Assembly (NCBI GenBank): GCA_001792345.1
Contig: MGGJ01000006.1
Coordinates: 22,656-86,655 of the forward strand
Source of the DNA: Candidatus Woesebacteria bacterium RIFCSPHIGHO2_01_FULL_39_32
Lineage (GTDB): Bacteria; Patescibacteriota; Microgenomatia; UBA8517
Length of the DNA stretch: 64,000 nucleotides
Direction of reading: 5' to 3'
Position 1 is the first letter of the stretch. The number at the start of each line of letters is the position of its first letter. Below, piece by piece: positions 28,002 through 37,729 of this stretch. The notes beneath the pieces were generated by a model. That model did not search any database. It worked only from the letters and a program-made list of their open reading frames with translations, and was not told where the DNA came from. The translations under genes and the position numbers were made by a program.

Positions 28002-28907
28002 TTATTTTAATAACTTATGAAGAGTTTCGGGGATTTTGTCTGCTAAATCATCAGCGTTATAATTTGTACCGACTCTTTCATAAAGTTCATCTGCTGCTTT
28101 TTTGACTAAATAGGAAGCACTCACTGCTGCTAAAAAGGGATCGTTTTTTGCCAAAAGTGCGACAGTCAATCCTGCTAAAGTATCCCCCGTTCCCCCCTTC
28201 GTCATTCCAGGATTACCACCCTTAACTAAAACACACTCTTCTGGGCTACAAACAATTGTTTCAGGTCCTTTTAAAACAATGGTACATTTGTATTTAGAGG
28301 TTAGGTATTGGAGGTTAGAGGTTAGTTTTTCATTTTTAAAATCTAAGCTCTGAACTTTAAGCTCTAACTCCTTTCCAAAAAGTAGTTCAAATTCCTTTCT
28401 GTTGGGGGTAAGAACTGCTTTTTCCGGTATCCACTCAGCATCCATAGTTTGTAAACTTCCTGCGTCAATAACCCACTTTTTATCGGGAAATTTATCCAAT
28501 AAACTTTCAGTAATCTCCCGTGTAACTTTGCCTTCAATATGATTCTCATGGCCTCTTTCTCCTTCGGGAGTTTTCTCGCTCCCAAATCTCATAAAACCGG
28601 GTCCAATAAGGACTGCATCGGACTTTTTAATATAGCTTTCTAAATCTTCCCAAGGAACCCAAATGAAAGACATTAAATTTTCTTTTATACGATTAGCAAG
28701 GTCGCCTACGCTAGGCTCCGTCGAACTGAAAAAAACCATATCGACAATACGCGATGCTACTTTTAATGATAAAAGTGGTGCGCCATGGAAAAGTTTTGAA
28801 CCCCCAATAATTGTTATTTGGCCGTTGTCTTCGCCGGATGAATCGAGGTGAGGTTTGTAAAGTTTTTTTAATTCGGCTGGGTTAAACACTTTCATAATTC
28901 GTATCAA
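28002..28907 (-). CDS. nnrD: ADP-dependent NAD(P)H-hydrate dehydratase
   Basis: IIGGS..FHGA, IGPG, VIDAG, LTPN..EF, LKG, MTKGGTGDTLAG. Confidence 0.92.
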   Translation of the reverse strand: MIRIMKVFNPAELKKLYKPHLDSSGEDNGQITIIGGSKLFHGAPLLSLKVASRIVDMVFFSSTEPSVGDLANRIKENLMSFIWVPWEDLESYIKKSDAVLIGPGFMRFGSEKTPEGERGHENHIEGKVTREITESLLDKFPDKKWVIDAGSLQTMDAEWIPEKAVLTPNRKEFELLFGKELELKVQSLDFKNEKLTSNLQYLTSKYKCTIVLKGPETIVCSPEECVLVKGGNPGMTKGGTGDTLAGLTVALLAKNDPFLAAVSASYLVKKAADELYERVGTNYNADDLADKIPETLHKLLK

Positions 28908-28968
28908 TTCGTTACATTCGCATACATTCGTAGATTAGCATCATAATTTCATTGTATACTATATACTC

Positions 28969-29304
28969 ATGGCGGCAAAAAATAAGGTCGAAAAGGAAAC
29001 TTCCCACGAAAAAGAAGTCAACAAGCAAAAAGGTATAGAAAAGTCGTTAATCAGTGAGGCTAAAGAATTTAAGAAGGAATTCGCAGATAAGTTACTTAAA
29101 CTTGTAACAAGCGGCTTTGGACTCGTGGCAGCTCTTGCTTGGAATGAGTTAATCAAAGAAGTAATCGCACTTTATATTGAACCGATTTTCGGAAAAGACT
29201 CGGGACTTATTTCTCTTCTAATCTACGCAATGGTAGTAACATTTCTCGCAGTAGTAGTCACCTACCAACTCAGCAAAATTGCGGGAAAAGAAAAGGAAGA
29301 TTAG
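28969..29304 (+). CDS. DUF5654-like membrane protein
   Basis: LVTSGFGLVAALAWNELIK. Confidence 0.75.
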   Translation: MAAKNKVEKETSHEKEVNKQKGIEKSLISEAKEFKKEFADKLLKLVTSGFGLVAALAWNELIKEVIALYIEPIFGKDSGLISLLIYAMVVTFLAVVVTYQLSKIAGKEKED

Positions 29305-29326
29305 AGATATTAAAAAGTATTAACCC

Positions 29327-29548
29327 TCAGTCATCAGGCGCATCTACATCCGCTGTGTAATTTCCTCTCCCCACAGGACTAGTTGCATCTATACGAAGTT
29401 CCTCAAAGTTCGGGGGAGGTTCAGGAGCAGGACTAGAAACCACAGGCCTTCCCCCACCAGAACCAGATGCTTCCCGTCCAGAACCCCCACTTATCGCTGG
29501 AGGATCTGAAAAGACATCAAATTCAGCTAAAAGGCTTTTTTCCTTCAT
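29327..29548 (-). CDS. Low-complexity hypothetical protein
   Basis: Gly/Pro/Ser-rich short ORF downstream of recF. Confidence 0.4.
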   Translation of the reverse strand: MKEKSLLAEFDVFSDPPAISGGSGREASGSGGGRPVVSSPAPEPPPNFEELRIDATSPVGRGNYTADVDAPDD

Positions 29549-29556
29549 GGTAGGAA

Positions 29557-30663
29557 TTATAAACTATTTAATGTTATTTTTTCAATCTTTTCAAATCCTT
29601 CTACATAATGTGGATCTGCGGTTGTAATAATTGTCTGTTGGCCTTTGGAGGCCCCAAAGACAATATCCCTATGCTCATGATCAAGTTCGGAAAAAATATC
29701 GTCCAATAAAAGTGTTGGTTTTTCCCCTGTCACTGATTCAATAAATGAAAGTTCCGCCAATTTTAACCACAAAACTCCCATCCGTTGTTCCCCTCTCGAT
29801 CCATATGGAGCGAGTTCCCTAAATTCTTTTACCCTTTTACTCTCACGCTCTTTTACTCTAAAGACAAAGTCATCTCTATGTGGTCCGACCAAGGTACTTG
29901 CTGCAACTATTTCTTCCTCTGCATATTGTTGAAGTCTAGTTTCGGAAATCGCACTTTTATCATAAATTAGCTCAAATTTATGCCCGTCAAACGGTGGTTG
30001 AGAATTCACAAATTCAATGAATTCTTCCCGCTTTTTGGAAATATAGTCCCCGTTTTTGATAAGAAGTTTGTCCCAGAAAAGAAGTAGACTCCTTGATAAA
30101 TTTTCCTCTCGGATTCCCAAAAGAAGTTTATTTCTTTGTCTTAAACCTTTTTCGTAAGATAAAGAGGCGCGCCTATATTCACGATCAACCTGTGATAAAA
30201 CTATATCTAAAAATTTCCGACGGATGCTTGGAGATTCGGTAACCAAACCTAAATCCTGCGGTCCGAATAAAACCGTTTTAAATGTACCCGCAAAATCAAC
30301 CAGTCTTTTTCCAACTCCATTGATAAGTAAACGTTTGCGAGCTATCTTTTCGACTTTTTCGGGTGATTCTCCAATTGTGATTGTTCCCCGAGTTATAACT
30401 ACCTCAAGATTAGTTCCTACTTTTTCTCCGTCCGTTTCGATAATTGCTCCTTTTACTCGGGCGATTTCTTCGTCGTAGGCAACCATTTCTTCCTCAATCC
30501 GTGCGTGGAAAGACTTTCCGGTTGATAATAAAAATATACTTTCCATAACATTTGTTTTTCCACTCGCGTTCGGCCCAACAATCACTGTTATATCTTTTGA
30601 GAAAGAAAGTGCCGTATCTTTGAAACTCCTGTAATTTGTAAGCCGGATCCTTGTAATATACAT
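29557..30663 (-). CDS. recF: DNA replication and repair protein RecF
   Basis: GPNASGKTN, P..RRKFLD, GPHRDD, SRGEQR, LLLDDIFSELD. Confidence 0.96.
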   Translation of the reverse strand: MYITRIRLTNYRSFKDTALSFSKDITVIVGPNASGKTNVMESIFLLSTGKSFHARIEEEMVAYDEEIARVKGAIIETDGEKVGTNLEVVITRGTITIGESPEKVEKIARKRLLINGVGKRLVDFAGTFKTVLFGPQDLGLVTESPSIRRKFLDIVLSQVDREYRRASLSYEKGLRQRNKLLLGIREENLSRSLLLFWDKLLIKNGDYISKKREEFIEFVNSQPPFDGHKFELIYDKSAISETRLQQYAEEEIVAASTLVGPHRDDFVFRVKERESKRVKEFRELAPYGSRGEQRMGVLWLKLAELSFIESVTGEKPTLLLDDIFSELDHEHRDIVFGASKGQQTIITTADPHYVEGFEKIEKITLNSL

Positions 30664-30731
30664 TTAATGATTTTCTTCCGAATTATACCTTATTAAACGA
30701 AACCCGGTTTAATCAGTGCTACAATTGGGCA

Positions 30732-32093
30732 ATGAAAATTCTTATAACCTCTCTATATAGACCCGGAAATGAAACGGGTACAGCTCGTATATCCGAAGAA
30801 CTATCTGAAACCCTTTCTAAAAAGCATGATGTGACATATCTATGTCTGGGTGAAAAATACCAGATTAAAAAAAGAAACAGAAATCTTTTTTATTTCACTA
30901 TTCCTTCGTTACCCATTAAACAAGCCTACGTTCCAAAACTTACTCCTGATGTTGTAAGGCAGATGTTTAAAGATCTAGACAAAATTTCACCAGACGTCAT
31001 CCACGCACAAAATATTGCTTTTACTACATTAATATGTCTTATCTGGGCAATAAGAAATAATTCCGCCTTCGTAGTTACTTTTCATTCTCTCCCGTCGGAA
31101 GGGATAAATTATGTATTTCCCAAGCTTTCAAATAAAAAGATTCTAAGCCAAATTAACTATTCTTTAAGTAAAAGTTACAATAAAAAACTTCTTGAAAATG
31201 TGAATTTGATTATTGCTTTAAATAAATATGTCCAAAGATCAATCCACGCTATTACCCGCAAAACCAAAACAATAGTCATCAATAACGGCTTGGATTTAAA
31301 ACCCTTCAGAGAACTTGAAATTAAAACTTCAGAAAAAGACAAGGTTTTTACCTTTGTAGGTTCTTTTGTGGGAAGAAAAAACCAAGAATTTCTTGTTAAA
31401 GCCTTCGCACATCTTCCTAAGTCATATCATCTTAAACTTTACGGAAACATCAAATCAGGAGACGACTATGTTAAAAAAATTAAAAAAATAATAGTTAACA
31501 AAAGAATTAATAATGTAGAAATTCACGATTTTATCGATAGAAAAAAACTTCTTCAGGTTTTGGCGAAAAGCGATTATTTTGTATCTGCATCTATGAAAGA
31601 AGTTCAAAGCCTGGTAATAATCGAATCGCTGGCTTCGGCAACACCTATAATCGGACTTAAAAATGAAACAATCAATGAGTTAATTGACGGAAAAAACGGA
31701 ATTTCATTTCCGAAAAATATTACACCCCGCGCATTTGCCAAAAATATTTTTAAATACGTTAAGACAAATGAAAAGGATTATTACGAAACCTCTCGATATG
31801 CAAGAGAAGGTATACAAAAATTTGACATCGGATACGTATCGGAAAAAATTCTGAACGCCTACGAGATTGCAAAAAAAATTAAGTCGAAAAAAAATAGCAA
31901 GGTAGTTGAGGAGTTAATAAGTATCTTGCCAAAATCACTTCAAGAGTTACTCAGAGGGTATTACGACAGACTTAAAAGAAGAAAAACAACAAGAATTTGG
32001 GTATTCGTCGGGATCTCAATGCTTTTAACAATTCTCACTTACCCAATACTAAATTTTGTAAACTATTTAAAGAATAAGCGTGTATTTGGCTAA
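30732..32093 (+). CDS. GT4 glycosyltransferase with C-terminal membrane helix
   Basis: PDVIHAQ, NNGLD, FVGS...RKNQ, EVQSLVIIESLA. Confidence 0.9.
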   Translation: MKILITSLYRPGNETGTARISEELSETLSKKHDVTYLCLGEKYQIKKRNRNLFYFTIPSLPIKQAYVPKLTPDVVRQMFKDLDKISPDVIHAQNIAFTTLICLIWAIRNNSAFVVTFHSLPSEGINYVFPKLSNKKILSQINYSLSKSYNKKLLENVNLIIALNKYVQRSIHAITRKTKTIVINNGLDLKPFRELEIKTSEKDKVFTFVGSFVGRKNQEFLVKAFAHLPKSYHLKLYGNIKSGDDYVKKIKKIIVNKRINNVEIHDFIDRKKLLQVLAKSDYFVSASMKEVQSLVIIESLASATPIIGLKNETINELIDGKNGISFPKNITPRAFAKNIFKYVKTNEKDYYETSRYAREGIQKFDIGYVSEKILNAYEIAKKIKSKKNSKVVEELISILPKSLQELLRGYYDRLKRRKTTRIWVFVGISMLLTILTYPILNFVNYLKNKRVFG

Positions 32094-32100
32094 AGTGTTG

Positions 32101-32949
32101 TTATTCCTGGCAAAAGGGACAAACGTAAGTTCCGCGGCCGGAGAGAAAATACTTGGTAAATTTGGCTTTGTGACAACGACTACAGGGTTCTCCCTGATGT
32201 CCATAAGCCAAAGTGTGTTTTTGATATTCTCCTTCTTTGCCATCTGGGGTTACAAAAGCTAATTCACTTGCTCCACCATACTTCATCCCCGCTTTCAATA
32301 CCTCATGTATTGCCTCATATAACTCTGTAACTTCGTCGCTTTGTAACTCATTAGCGGGCCTTTTTGGATCAATCTTTGCTAACCAAAGGGCATCGTTGGC
32401 ATAGATATTTCCTACCCCTCCAATTTTTGTTTGGTCCATTAAAACAACTTTTATTGCACGCTTTGTTTTTGAAAGCACTCTCTTGAAATGCTCAAGTGTC
32501 AAATCGCGAAATGGCTCAGGCCCTAGTTTTCCTATGAAACCTGTTACTTGTAACTTGTCGCTCTTAACTATTTTTATCCAGCCAAAACGTCGAACGTCGT
32601 TATAGTAAAGAAATCCTCCCTTGTCCAATTCAAAAACCACATGAGTGTGCTTCCCTGGTATACCACCCACGACCTTATTCGACAACCTTGGGGGTTGTTT
32701 TAGATTTGCACCTCGGTAAATAAGTTGTCCTGTTAATTTAATATGAATTACGATTGAAAAACCATTCGAAAGATCAATTGATAAAACTTTTGCAAATCTT
32801 CTCACTCCCTTAACCTTTGCATCAACTAAATCCTTAGGGTTTCCACTAAAAATCTTTGGGGCGTTAATTTGAACATTTTCAATTTTATGTCCTTTCAAAT
32901 ATTTCTCGAGCTGCAACTTAACTGTCTCAACCTCTGGAAGTTCCGGCAC
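32101..32949 (-). CDS. mutM: Formamidopyrimidine-DNA glycosylase
   Basis: PELPEVE, DVRRFG, LGPEP, GVGNIYA, C-terminal zinc finger. Confidence 0.97.
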   Translation of the reverse strand: MPELPEVETVKLQLEKYLKGHKIENVQINAPKIFSGNPKDLVDAKVKGVRRFAKVLSIDLSNGFSIVIHIKLTGQLIYRGANLKQPPRLSNKVVGGIPGKHTHVVFELDKGGFLYYNDVRRFGWIKIVKSDKLQVTGFIGKLGPEPFRDLTLEHFKRVLSKTKRAIKVVLMDQTKIGGVGNIYANDALWLAKIDPKRPANELQSDEVTELYEAIHEVLKAGMKYGGASELAFVTPDGKEGEYQKHTLAYGHQGEPCSRCHKAKFTKYFLSGRGTYVCPFCQE

Positions 32950-32984
32950 AAACTATATTTTAGCTAGAAACTTTCTACTTGACG

Positions 32985-33018
32985 ATGGTGACAAATTTGT
33001 ATACAATTTTGTCACCAT
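32985..33018 (+). promoter_or_regulatory. Palindromic operator of the TA operon overlapping its promoter
   Basis: ATGGTGACAAATTTGTATACAATTTTGTCACCAT is a near-perfect 34-bp palindrome; TTGACG at 32979 and TACAAT at 33002. Confidence 0.7.
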
Positions 33019-33289
33019 GATAACCAGCCAAAACCTTAAAACCATAACTGATATGCGCAAAAATGCTGATGAGCTCTTAACTCTTGCCGCACGCAAAAAG
33101 GAGCCCATAGGAATTCTTAAAAACAATAAACTAAAGGCATATCTAATTGATGCTGAAACCCTCGAAGCACTTGAACGTTTTGTAGAAGATTATTTAGATA
33201 GTAAAATGGTCGAGGAAAGATTAATAAAAGCAAAAAAAAGCGACTTCATTAAATCAGATGAGTTTCTGAAAAACCTAGATGTAAAGTGA
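33017..33289 (+). CDS. Phd/YefM family antitoxin
   Basis: TITDMRKNADELL...EPIGILKNNKLKAYLI. Confidence 0.85.
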   Translation: MITSQNLKTITDMRKNADELLTLAARKKEPIGILKNNKLKAYLIDAETLEALERFVEDYLDSKMVEERLIKAKKSDFIKSDEFLKNLDVK

Positions 33290-33570
33290 ATTACGAAATT
33301 GTTTACCATAAAAATTTCTTCAAAGATATTAGGAAATTAAGTACAATTAAACAGGGAAAGATAAAAGAAATTTTAAGAGAAATACTCAATATACCGACAG
33401 TTCTTCCTCCAAATTCTCAGGCCCTAAAAGGTTATGATCGAACATTCAGAACAAGAGTCGGAAAATTAAGACTAATCTATCATATAAATCACGATAAGAA
33501 AGAAGTTTATGTGTTAGGTCTTGATACCCGAGGCGAAGTTTACAAAATCATCCGAAGGTTGTTGGACTAA
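33286..33570 (+). CDS. relE: RelE/ParE family toxin
   Basis: KDIRKL, LKG...FRTRVGKLRLIY, V..L..RGEVY. Confidence 0.88.
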   Translation: MNYEIVYHKNFFKDIRKLSTIKQGKIKEILREILNIPTVLPPNSQALKGYDRTFRTRVGKLRLIYHINHDKKEVYVLGLDTRGEVYKIIRRLLD

Positions 33571-33578
33571 TTTTTGTC

Positions 33579-34367
33579 TTACATCGAAAAGGTGTAGGAT
33601 TTGGCAGAAGTTAGCTTCAACTTATAAGTAACGCTTTGGTTGTAGGCAGATCTTACTAATTTTTCAATTTCTTTGTAGGTAAAAATACGATTCTTTTGTA
33701 ATTTTTCATTAAATTTATTCAAAAGCGCAGACATCATTAAAGTACCCGTAACATAATCCCCCGCTCCTTTCTCCTCAGCATTCTTGGAAAACCCCCCCTT
33801 AAGGTGAGATTTGTAAACTTGCACGAGGTTTAAACTCATCCAGTTGTGGTCTGTATGTGATACAACAATCCAACTCCCGTCGTTATTTTCAAAAAGACGA
33901 ATGTGCAGTCTGTCTTTACCCGGAGATAATTTCAGTAAAAGTAACTTCTCAGCTGACGGTAAAATTCTAGCAACTATTCTCGCAAGCTTAATCCAACTCG
34001 GAATCGCCGTACCTCCGATATTCATTGCAGCCAAGATGTCCGCATGATACTTTTCCGAAATAATTACGTCAACATTGAATCCCATGTCATTTAATATCTC
34101 TTTTACTTGATTTGTAGTCAACCTTCCTAAAGACTTTTTTTTATTATCCAATACTATTACCCGTTCAACTGGTTCTTTCCCAGATATCTCGTGAGCAAGC
34201 ACTCTCTTTTCTGTAGGAAGTACAGTTTTCTTTGTTCTGAAATGGTCTACATCTACAAGCTTAATATCTAAGTCACAACCCCAATAGCTTTTATTCTTAG
34301 GTTTTACTAAATCGTGTCTCGACCTTATAATTGTATTAGCTATCCCCATGATTATATAAGTATGCAA
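33579..34367 (-). CDS. Hypothetical protein
   Basis: Long ORF with an RLHIRLF...HTDH motif of unknown role. Confidence 0.55.
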   Translation of the reverse strand: MHTYIIMGIANTIIRSRHDLVKPKNKSYWGCDLDIKLVDVDHFRTKKTVLPTEKRVLAHEISGKEPVERVIVLDNKKKSLGRLTTNQVKEILNDMGFNVDVIISEKYHADILAAMNIGGTAIPSWIKLARIVARILPSAEKLLLLKLSPGKDRLHIRLFENNDGSWIVVSHTDHNWMSLNLVQVYKSHLKGGFSKNAEEKGAGDYVTGTLMMSALLNKFNEKLQKNRIFTYKEIEKLVRSAYNQSVTYKLKLTSAKSYTFSM

Positions 34368-34370
34368 TAA

Positions 34371-34913
34371 CTATTCTGTCCACCCCCTCTTAAGTCCAAG
34401 AATGGTTTCTCTAATTGATAATTTTCTAACATGTAGAAAATATTCTTGGGAAAATTTAAATAATATAATAATCGTTAAAGATAAGTAGAAATTATTGTCA
34501 CGTATTAATAATTTTAATGATGAAAAGGTATAAGAGAAAAATAATAAGAAAAATAGATATTCAAATATATTGGGAAAATATATTAGAACGCTTCGCTTTA
34601 CACCGATTACAATTAAAATGTGACCGATAAATCTGTATACAAAAAGTCCAATAAATAAAAGAGAGTAAGCTGGATAGTTGACAACAACATAGGTTAATAT
34701 CCAAAAATACCACCATAAATCCATCATTTTATCCATTCTCTGATACCATTCCTTACTAAGAACATGGTTAGATGCAAACTCGGCATCCACGATATCAAAT
34801 AAAACAATAGCAATTACCAGATAGGGAGAGTGGTATTGAAAGAATAACATTGGAAAATAAATACGCATAAAAACGATTATTAAGTAAAGTAAGTGGCGTG
34901 TGAACTTCGTCAT
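34371..34913 (-). CDS. Membrane protein, CDP-alcohol phosphatidyltransferase-like
   Basis: FDIVDA...RMDKMMD acidic motif within TM helices; AT-rich. Confidence 0.45.
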   Translation of the reverse strand: MTKFTRHLLYLIIVFMRIYFPMLFFQYHSPYLVIAIVLFDIVDAEFASNHVLSKEWYQRMDKMMDLWWYFWILTYVVVNYPAYSLLFIGLFVYRFIGHILIVIGVKRSVLIYFPNIFEYLFFLLFFSYTFSSLKLLIRDNNFYLSLTIIILFKFSQEYFLHVRKLSIRETILGLKRGWTE

Positions 34914-35017
34914 CTTACTTTTAGTATAAATCAGTCATCTGATTAGTGAAAGTTACGTCATATTAAACAGGGAAAGTTTCTCAATCGTCATCTCTGTAAG
35001 ATATTTCGAAGGTGTAG

Positions 35018-35050
35018 TTATATAGTTTCAACCCAGGGTAACTCAGGCAT
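35018..35050 (-). pseudogene. Orphan 5' fragment of mutM
   Basis: ATGCCTGAGTTACCCTGGGTTGAAACTATATAA = MPELPWVETI*, compared with MPELPEVETV in the intact mutM. Confidence 0.7.
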
Positions 35051-35171
35051 AATAATTATTTGTTAACTATCAACAGACGAAATTGTTCTGCAATCAAATC
35101 CTGCTCTTCCTTCAACATTCTTAAATCATCCAGTATAGACATATCAGATTGGTTTTTTACTAATCCATGAA

Positions 35172-36533
35172 TTAATCTTCTAAGATCATTATTTCTTCTA
35201 TACAATACAATTCCTCGATATTAGGATTATTATATTCTGACGTAGAAAATGTCTTTTTAGCAATGTCTTCACTCTTCCCCCAAATATTCTCATATAAATC
35301 CGCCTCGTCCAAAAAGCCGCAATCTTTTACCATCTTCCCCCATTTTTCCATCGGAACCTGTGCCAAAACCCATCTAAAAAGCTCTTTTCTTTTATCCCAA
35401 GATCGGTCCTGATAAAAATCGTACAACTCCACGACAGATTCTGTTTGGGTAGCGAGTTGAACTTGATAATCCTGCCACAACAATTGGTTTAGCGGACTAT
35501 CTTTAGGAATTCCTAATCTTTCAAAGTAATTATATAATCCGCCTTGATTAGTAAGGTTCTTTAAATGCCACACCACATTACCTCTCTCAGGCTTCATTTC
35601 GGCTAATATTTCATCTTTTGCTTTAGACGTTGCCCAAAGCATAACTCTATGCCAATCTTTACCTTCTTTAATCTTAGCTAAAATATCCGCCTTTCTAACT
35701 TCGTCTTCTATCGATCCTGCCTCTTCAAATGCTCTTTCAATATTTTCTAATGACCTGGTGGGCTTTCGATCAGTAAACCAACCCCATACTTCTCTGTCTC
35801 TATCCATAGTTTCTTCTTTCCTTCCCTCTACTTTTCTTCGATACCACAAAGAACTCATAAACACACTCATTTCAGCATGCCCTTCTTCATGACCAATACT
35901 CCTTTCTTTGCCTAAACCTCTAACAACAATAAGAGGAAAGTAATGCAAAACATCTGAAGAAAGGTGATAGCTTCTTGATTCTTCGAAAAACCCGCCTCGA
36001 TTTTTCCTGATATCTATTAGCTTGAAATCGTCTTCCGTTTCCACCTCTAATGAGATAGCTAGGGGGTAACGATTAGGAGTAAATCTCACTTGCCCTTTAA
36101 GAGATGGTTCGGAACCAGTTGTAGAACCATTTGAAGTCCCTGCTGCTACTAAATCTTTATAAAATTCGGAAGCTATAGTTTTGCTATCATTAGGGAATTC
36201 TTCTTTAATTAGTTTAATTGTTTTAGCTACTCCCTCTTTGGTGGTTACAAGGTTTTCAATGAATCTCTCCACATCACCAGGATGGGAAACTACAAAATTT
36301 TCTTGTATATATTGAGCTAACTCTTTCTTATCCATTGACGGATCTTCACCTAGAGCTTGCACTGTTCCCCAAAGAAGTTTGGCGTTATCCAAGAGATAAT
36401 TCATGCGCAATTCTTGAGCTGCTTCATGCTTCATACGTCTCTCCTCCGGACTTTCTTGCGGCATTCTTCTTACATTCCCCAGGTTTTCAAGATATTCAGG
36501 GGATCTTTGAAGTAGATCTGTATCTTCCGACAT
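35172..36533 (-). CDS. Hypothetical protein with HExxH motif; C-terminus probably frameshifted (original stop near 35056)
   Basis: IGHEEGH; tandem TACAA duplication at 35201-35210. Confidence 0.6.
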   Translation of the reverse strand: MSEDTDLLQRSPEYLENLGNVRRMPQESPEERRMKHEAAQELRMNYLLDNAKLLWGTVQALGEDPSMDKKELAQYIQENFVVSHPGDVERFIENLVTTKEGVAKTIKLIKEEFPNDSKTIASEFYKDLVAAGTSNGSTTGSEPSLKGQVRFTPNRYPLAISLEVETEDDFKLIDIRKNRGGFFEESRSYHLSSDVLHYFPLIVVRGLGKERSIGHEEGHAEMSVFMSSLWYRRKVEGRKEETMDRDREVWGWFTDRKPTRSLENIERAFEEAGSIEDEVRKADILAKIKEGKDWHRVMLWATSKAKDEILAEMKPERGNVVWHLKNLTNQGGLYNYFERLGIPKDSPLNQLLWQDYQVQLATQTESVVELYDFYQDRSWDKRKELFRWVLAQVPMEKWGKMVKDCGFLDEADLYENIWGKSEDIAKKTFSTSEYNNPNIEELYCIEEIMILED

Positions 36534-37729
36534 TATTTAATTTTACTACTAATTACTTCTTTTAATTCCATTTCAAACCTTTCCTTAGAAAATCTTTTTG
36601 CGTTTTCCTGAAGCTTTTTCCTGTCCCATTTTATTTTATTAAACCTCTCAATAGCATTCTCTAAAGTCGTTTCATCCGTATCGTTAATTAAAACTCCTGT
36701 AATACCATCAACAACTGATTCTTTAAATCCTCCGCCATTGAATGCAATCACAGGAGTTCCCGCGGCCATTGCCTCCACAACAGTCATTCCAAAATCTTCA
36801 TCGCGAGCTAATGCAATAAATCCCTTAGCGTTTGCATAAAGAGTGTAAAGTTCTTCCACTGAAACGCGGCCAATTAATTCGACATTTTCTCCTGATAACC
36901 TTTTTAATCTCTTTTCAACGTCCGAAAATCCATGAGCCTCTCCCACAATCTTTAATTTATATTTTGAATTTTTGAAAGCCTTAGCTGCTTCCTCCAATCC
37001 CTTCGCACCAACCAACCTCGAAACCATTAAAAAATAATCTTCCTTTGTCCATCGAAGCCGTGGCGAAGGTGGATTGCCGGTTGATTTGATAATATTTTTA
37101 ACATCCACCGGCGGATAAATAACTGTTGAATCTCTTCTATAAAATTTCTTAATCCTGTCGGCAACATTCTTTGAATTAGCAATAAAATAATTCACCCCTC
37201 CTCGAATTTTCCTGTTCTTTGTTCTTTGTTCTTTGTTCTTTGTAGGCACTTGTGCCGTTTTAAAGTCATACATTCTCATAAAATGGCCAACGATTACGGA
37301 GTAAACTTTTACCGGCCAGTACTTTGTAAAGCCCACCGAAGTTTCATATCCATAAAGCCAGCGAGGTGGTGTATGGCAGTATGCCATAACCTTTGTTTTT
37401 GGACCAACTTCAAATCCTCGGGTTATATACCAACTACAGGAAGTTATAACTAAATCATATTCTGAGAGGTCAAAACTTCTCCAAACAAGTGGTGTCAAAA
37501 ATCTTAGTGGGCTATAAAGATTATCTATTTTAAGAAGGGGCGCTAACCAACTTTCGTAAATTTCCTTATCTTTAAATTCCTTTTCAGCAGTACTTCCTTT
37601 AACCGAAAACGCGGTGTATATTGGCGCGTTTGGGTATATTTCAGCTAATGTTTTCAATACCCTCTCCGCCCCACCATATTCCTTTAAATAATCATGTACC
37701 AAAGCAATTTTCATTCTCCTAAAAACCAT
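36533..37729 (-). CDS. GT4 glycosyltransferase (WbaZ-like mannosyltransferase type)
   Basis: ALVHDYL..YGGAERV, YCHTPPR, VIYPPV, EDFGMTVVEAMAAG. Confidence 0.93.
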   Translation of the reverse strand: MVFRRMKIALVHDYLKEYGGAERVLKTLAEIYPNAPIYTAFSVKGSTAEKEFKDKEIYESWLAPLLKIDNLYSPLRFLTPLVWRSFDLSEYDLVITSCSWYITRGFEVGPKTKVMAYCHTPPRWLYGYETSVGFTKYWPVKVYSVIVGHFMRMYDFKTAQVPTKNKEQRTKNRKIRGGVNYFIANSKNVADRIKKFYRRDSTVIYPPVDVKNIIKSTGNPPSPRLRWTKEDYFLMVSRLVGAKGLEEAAKAFKNSKYKLKIVGEAHGFSDVEKRLKRLSGENVELIGRVSVEELYTLYANAKGFIALARDEDFGMTVVEAMAAGTPVIAFNGGGFKESVVDGITGVLINDTDETTLENAIERFNKIKWDRKKLQENAKRFSKERFEMELKEVISSKIK

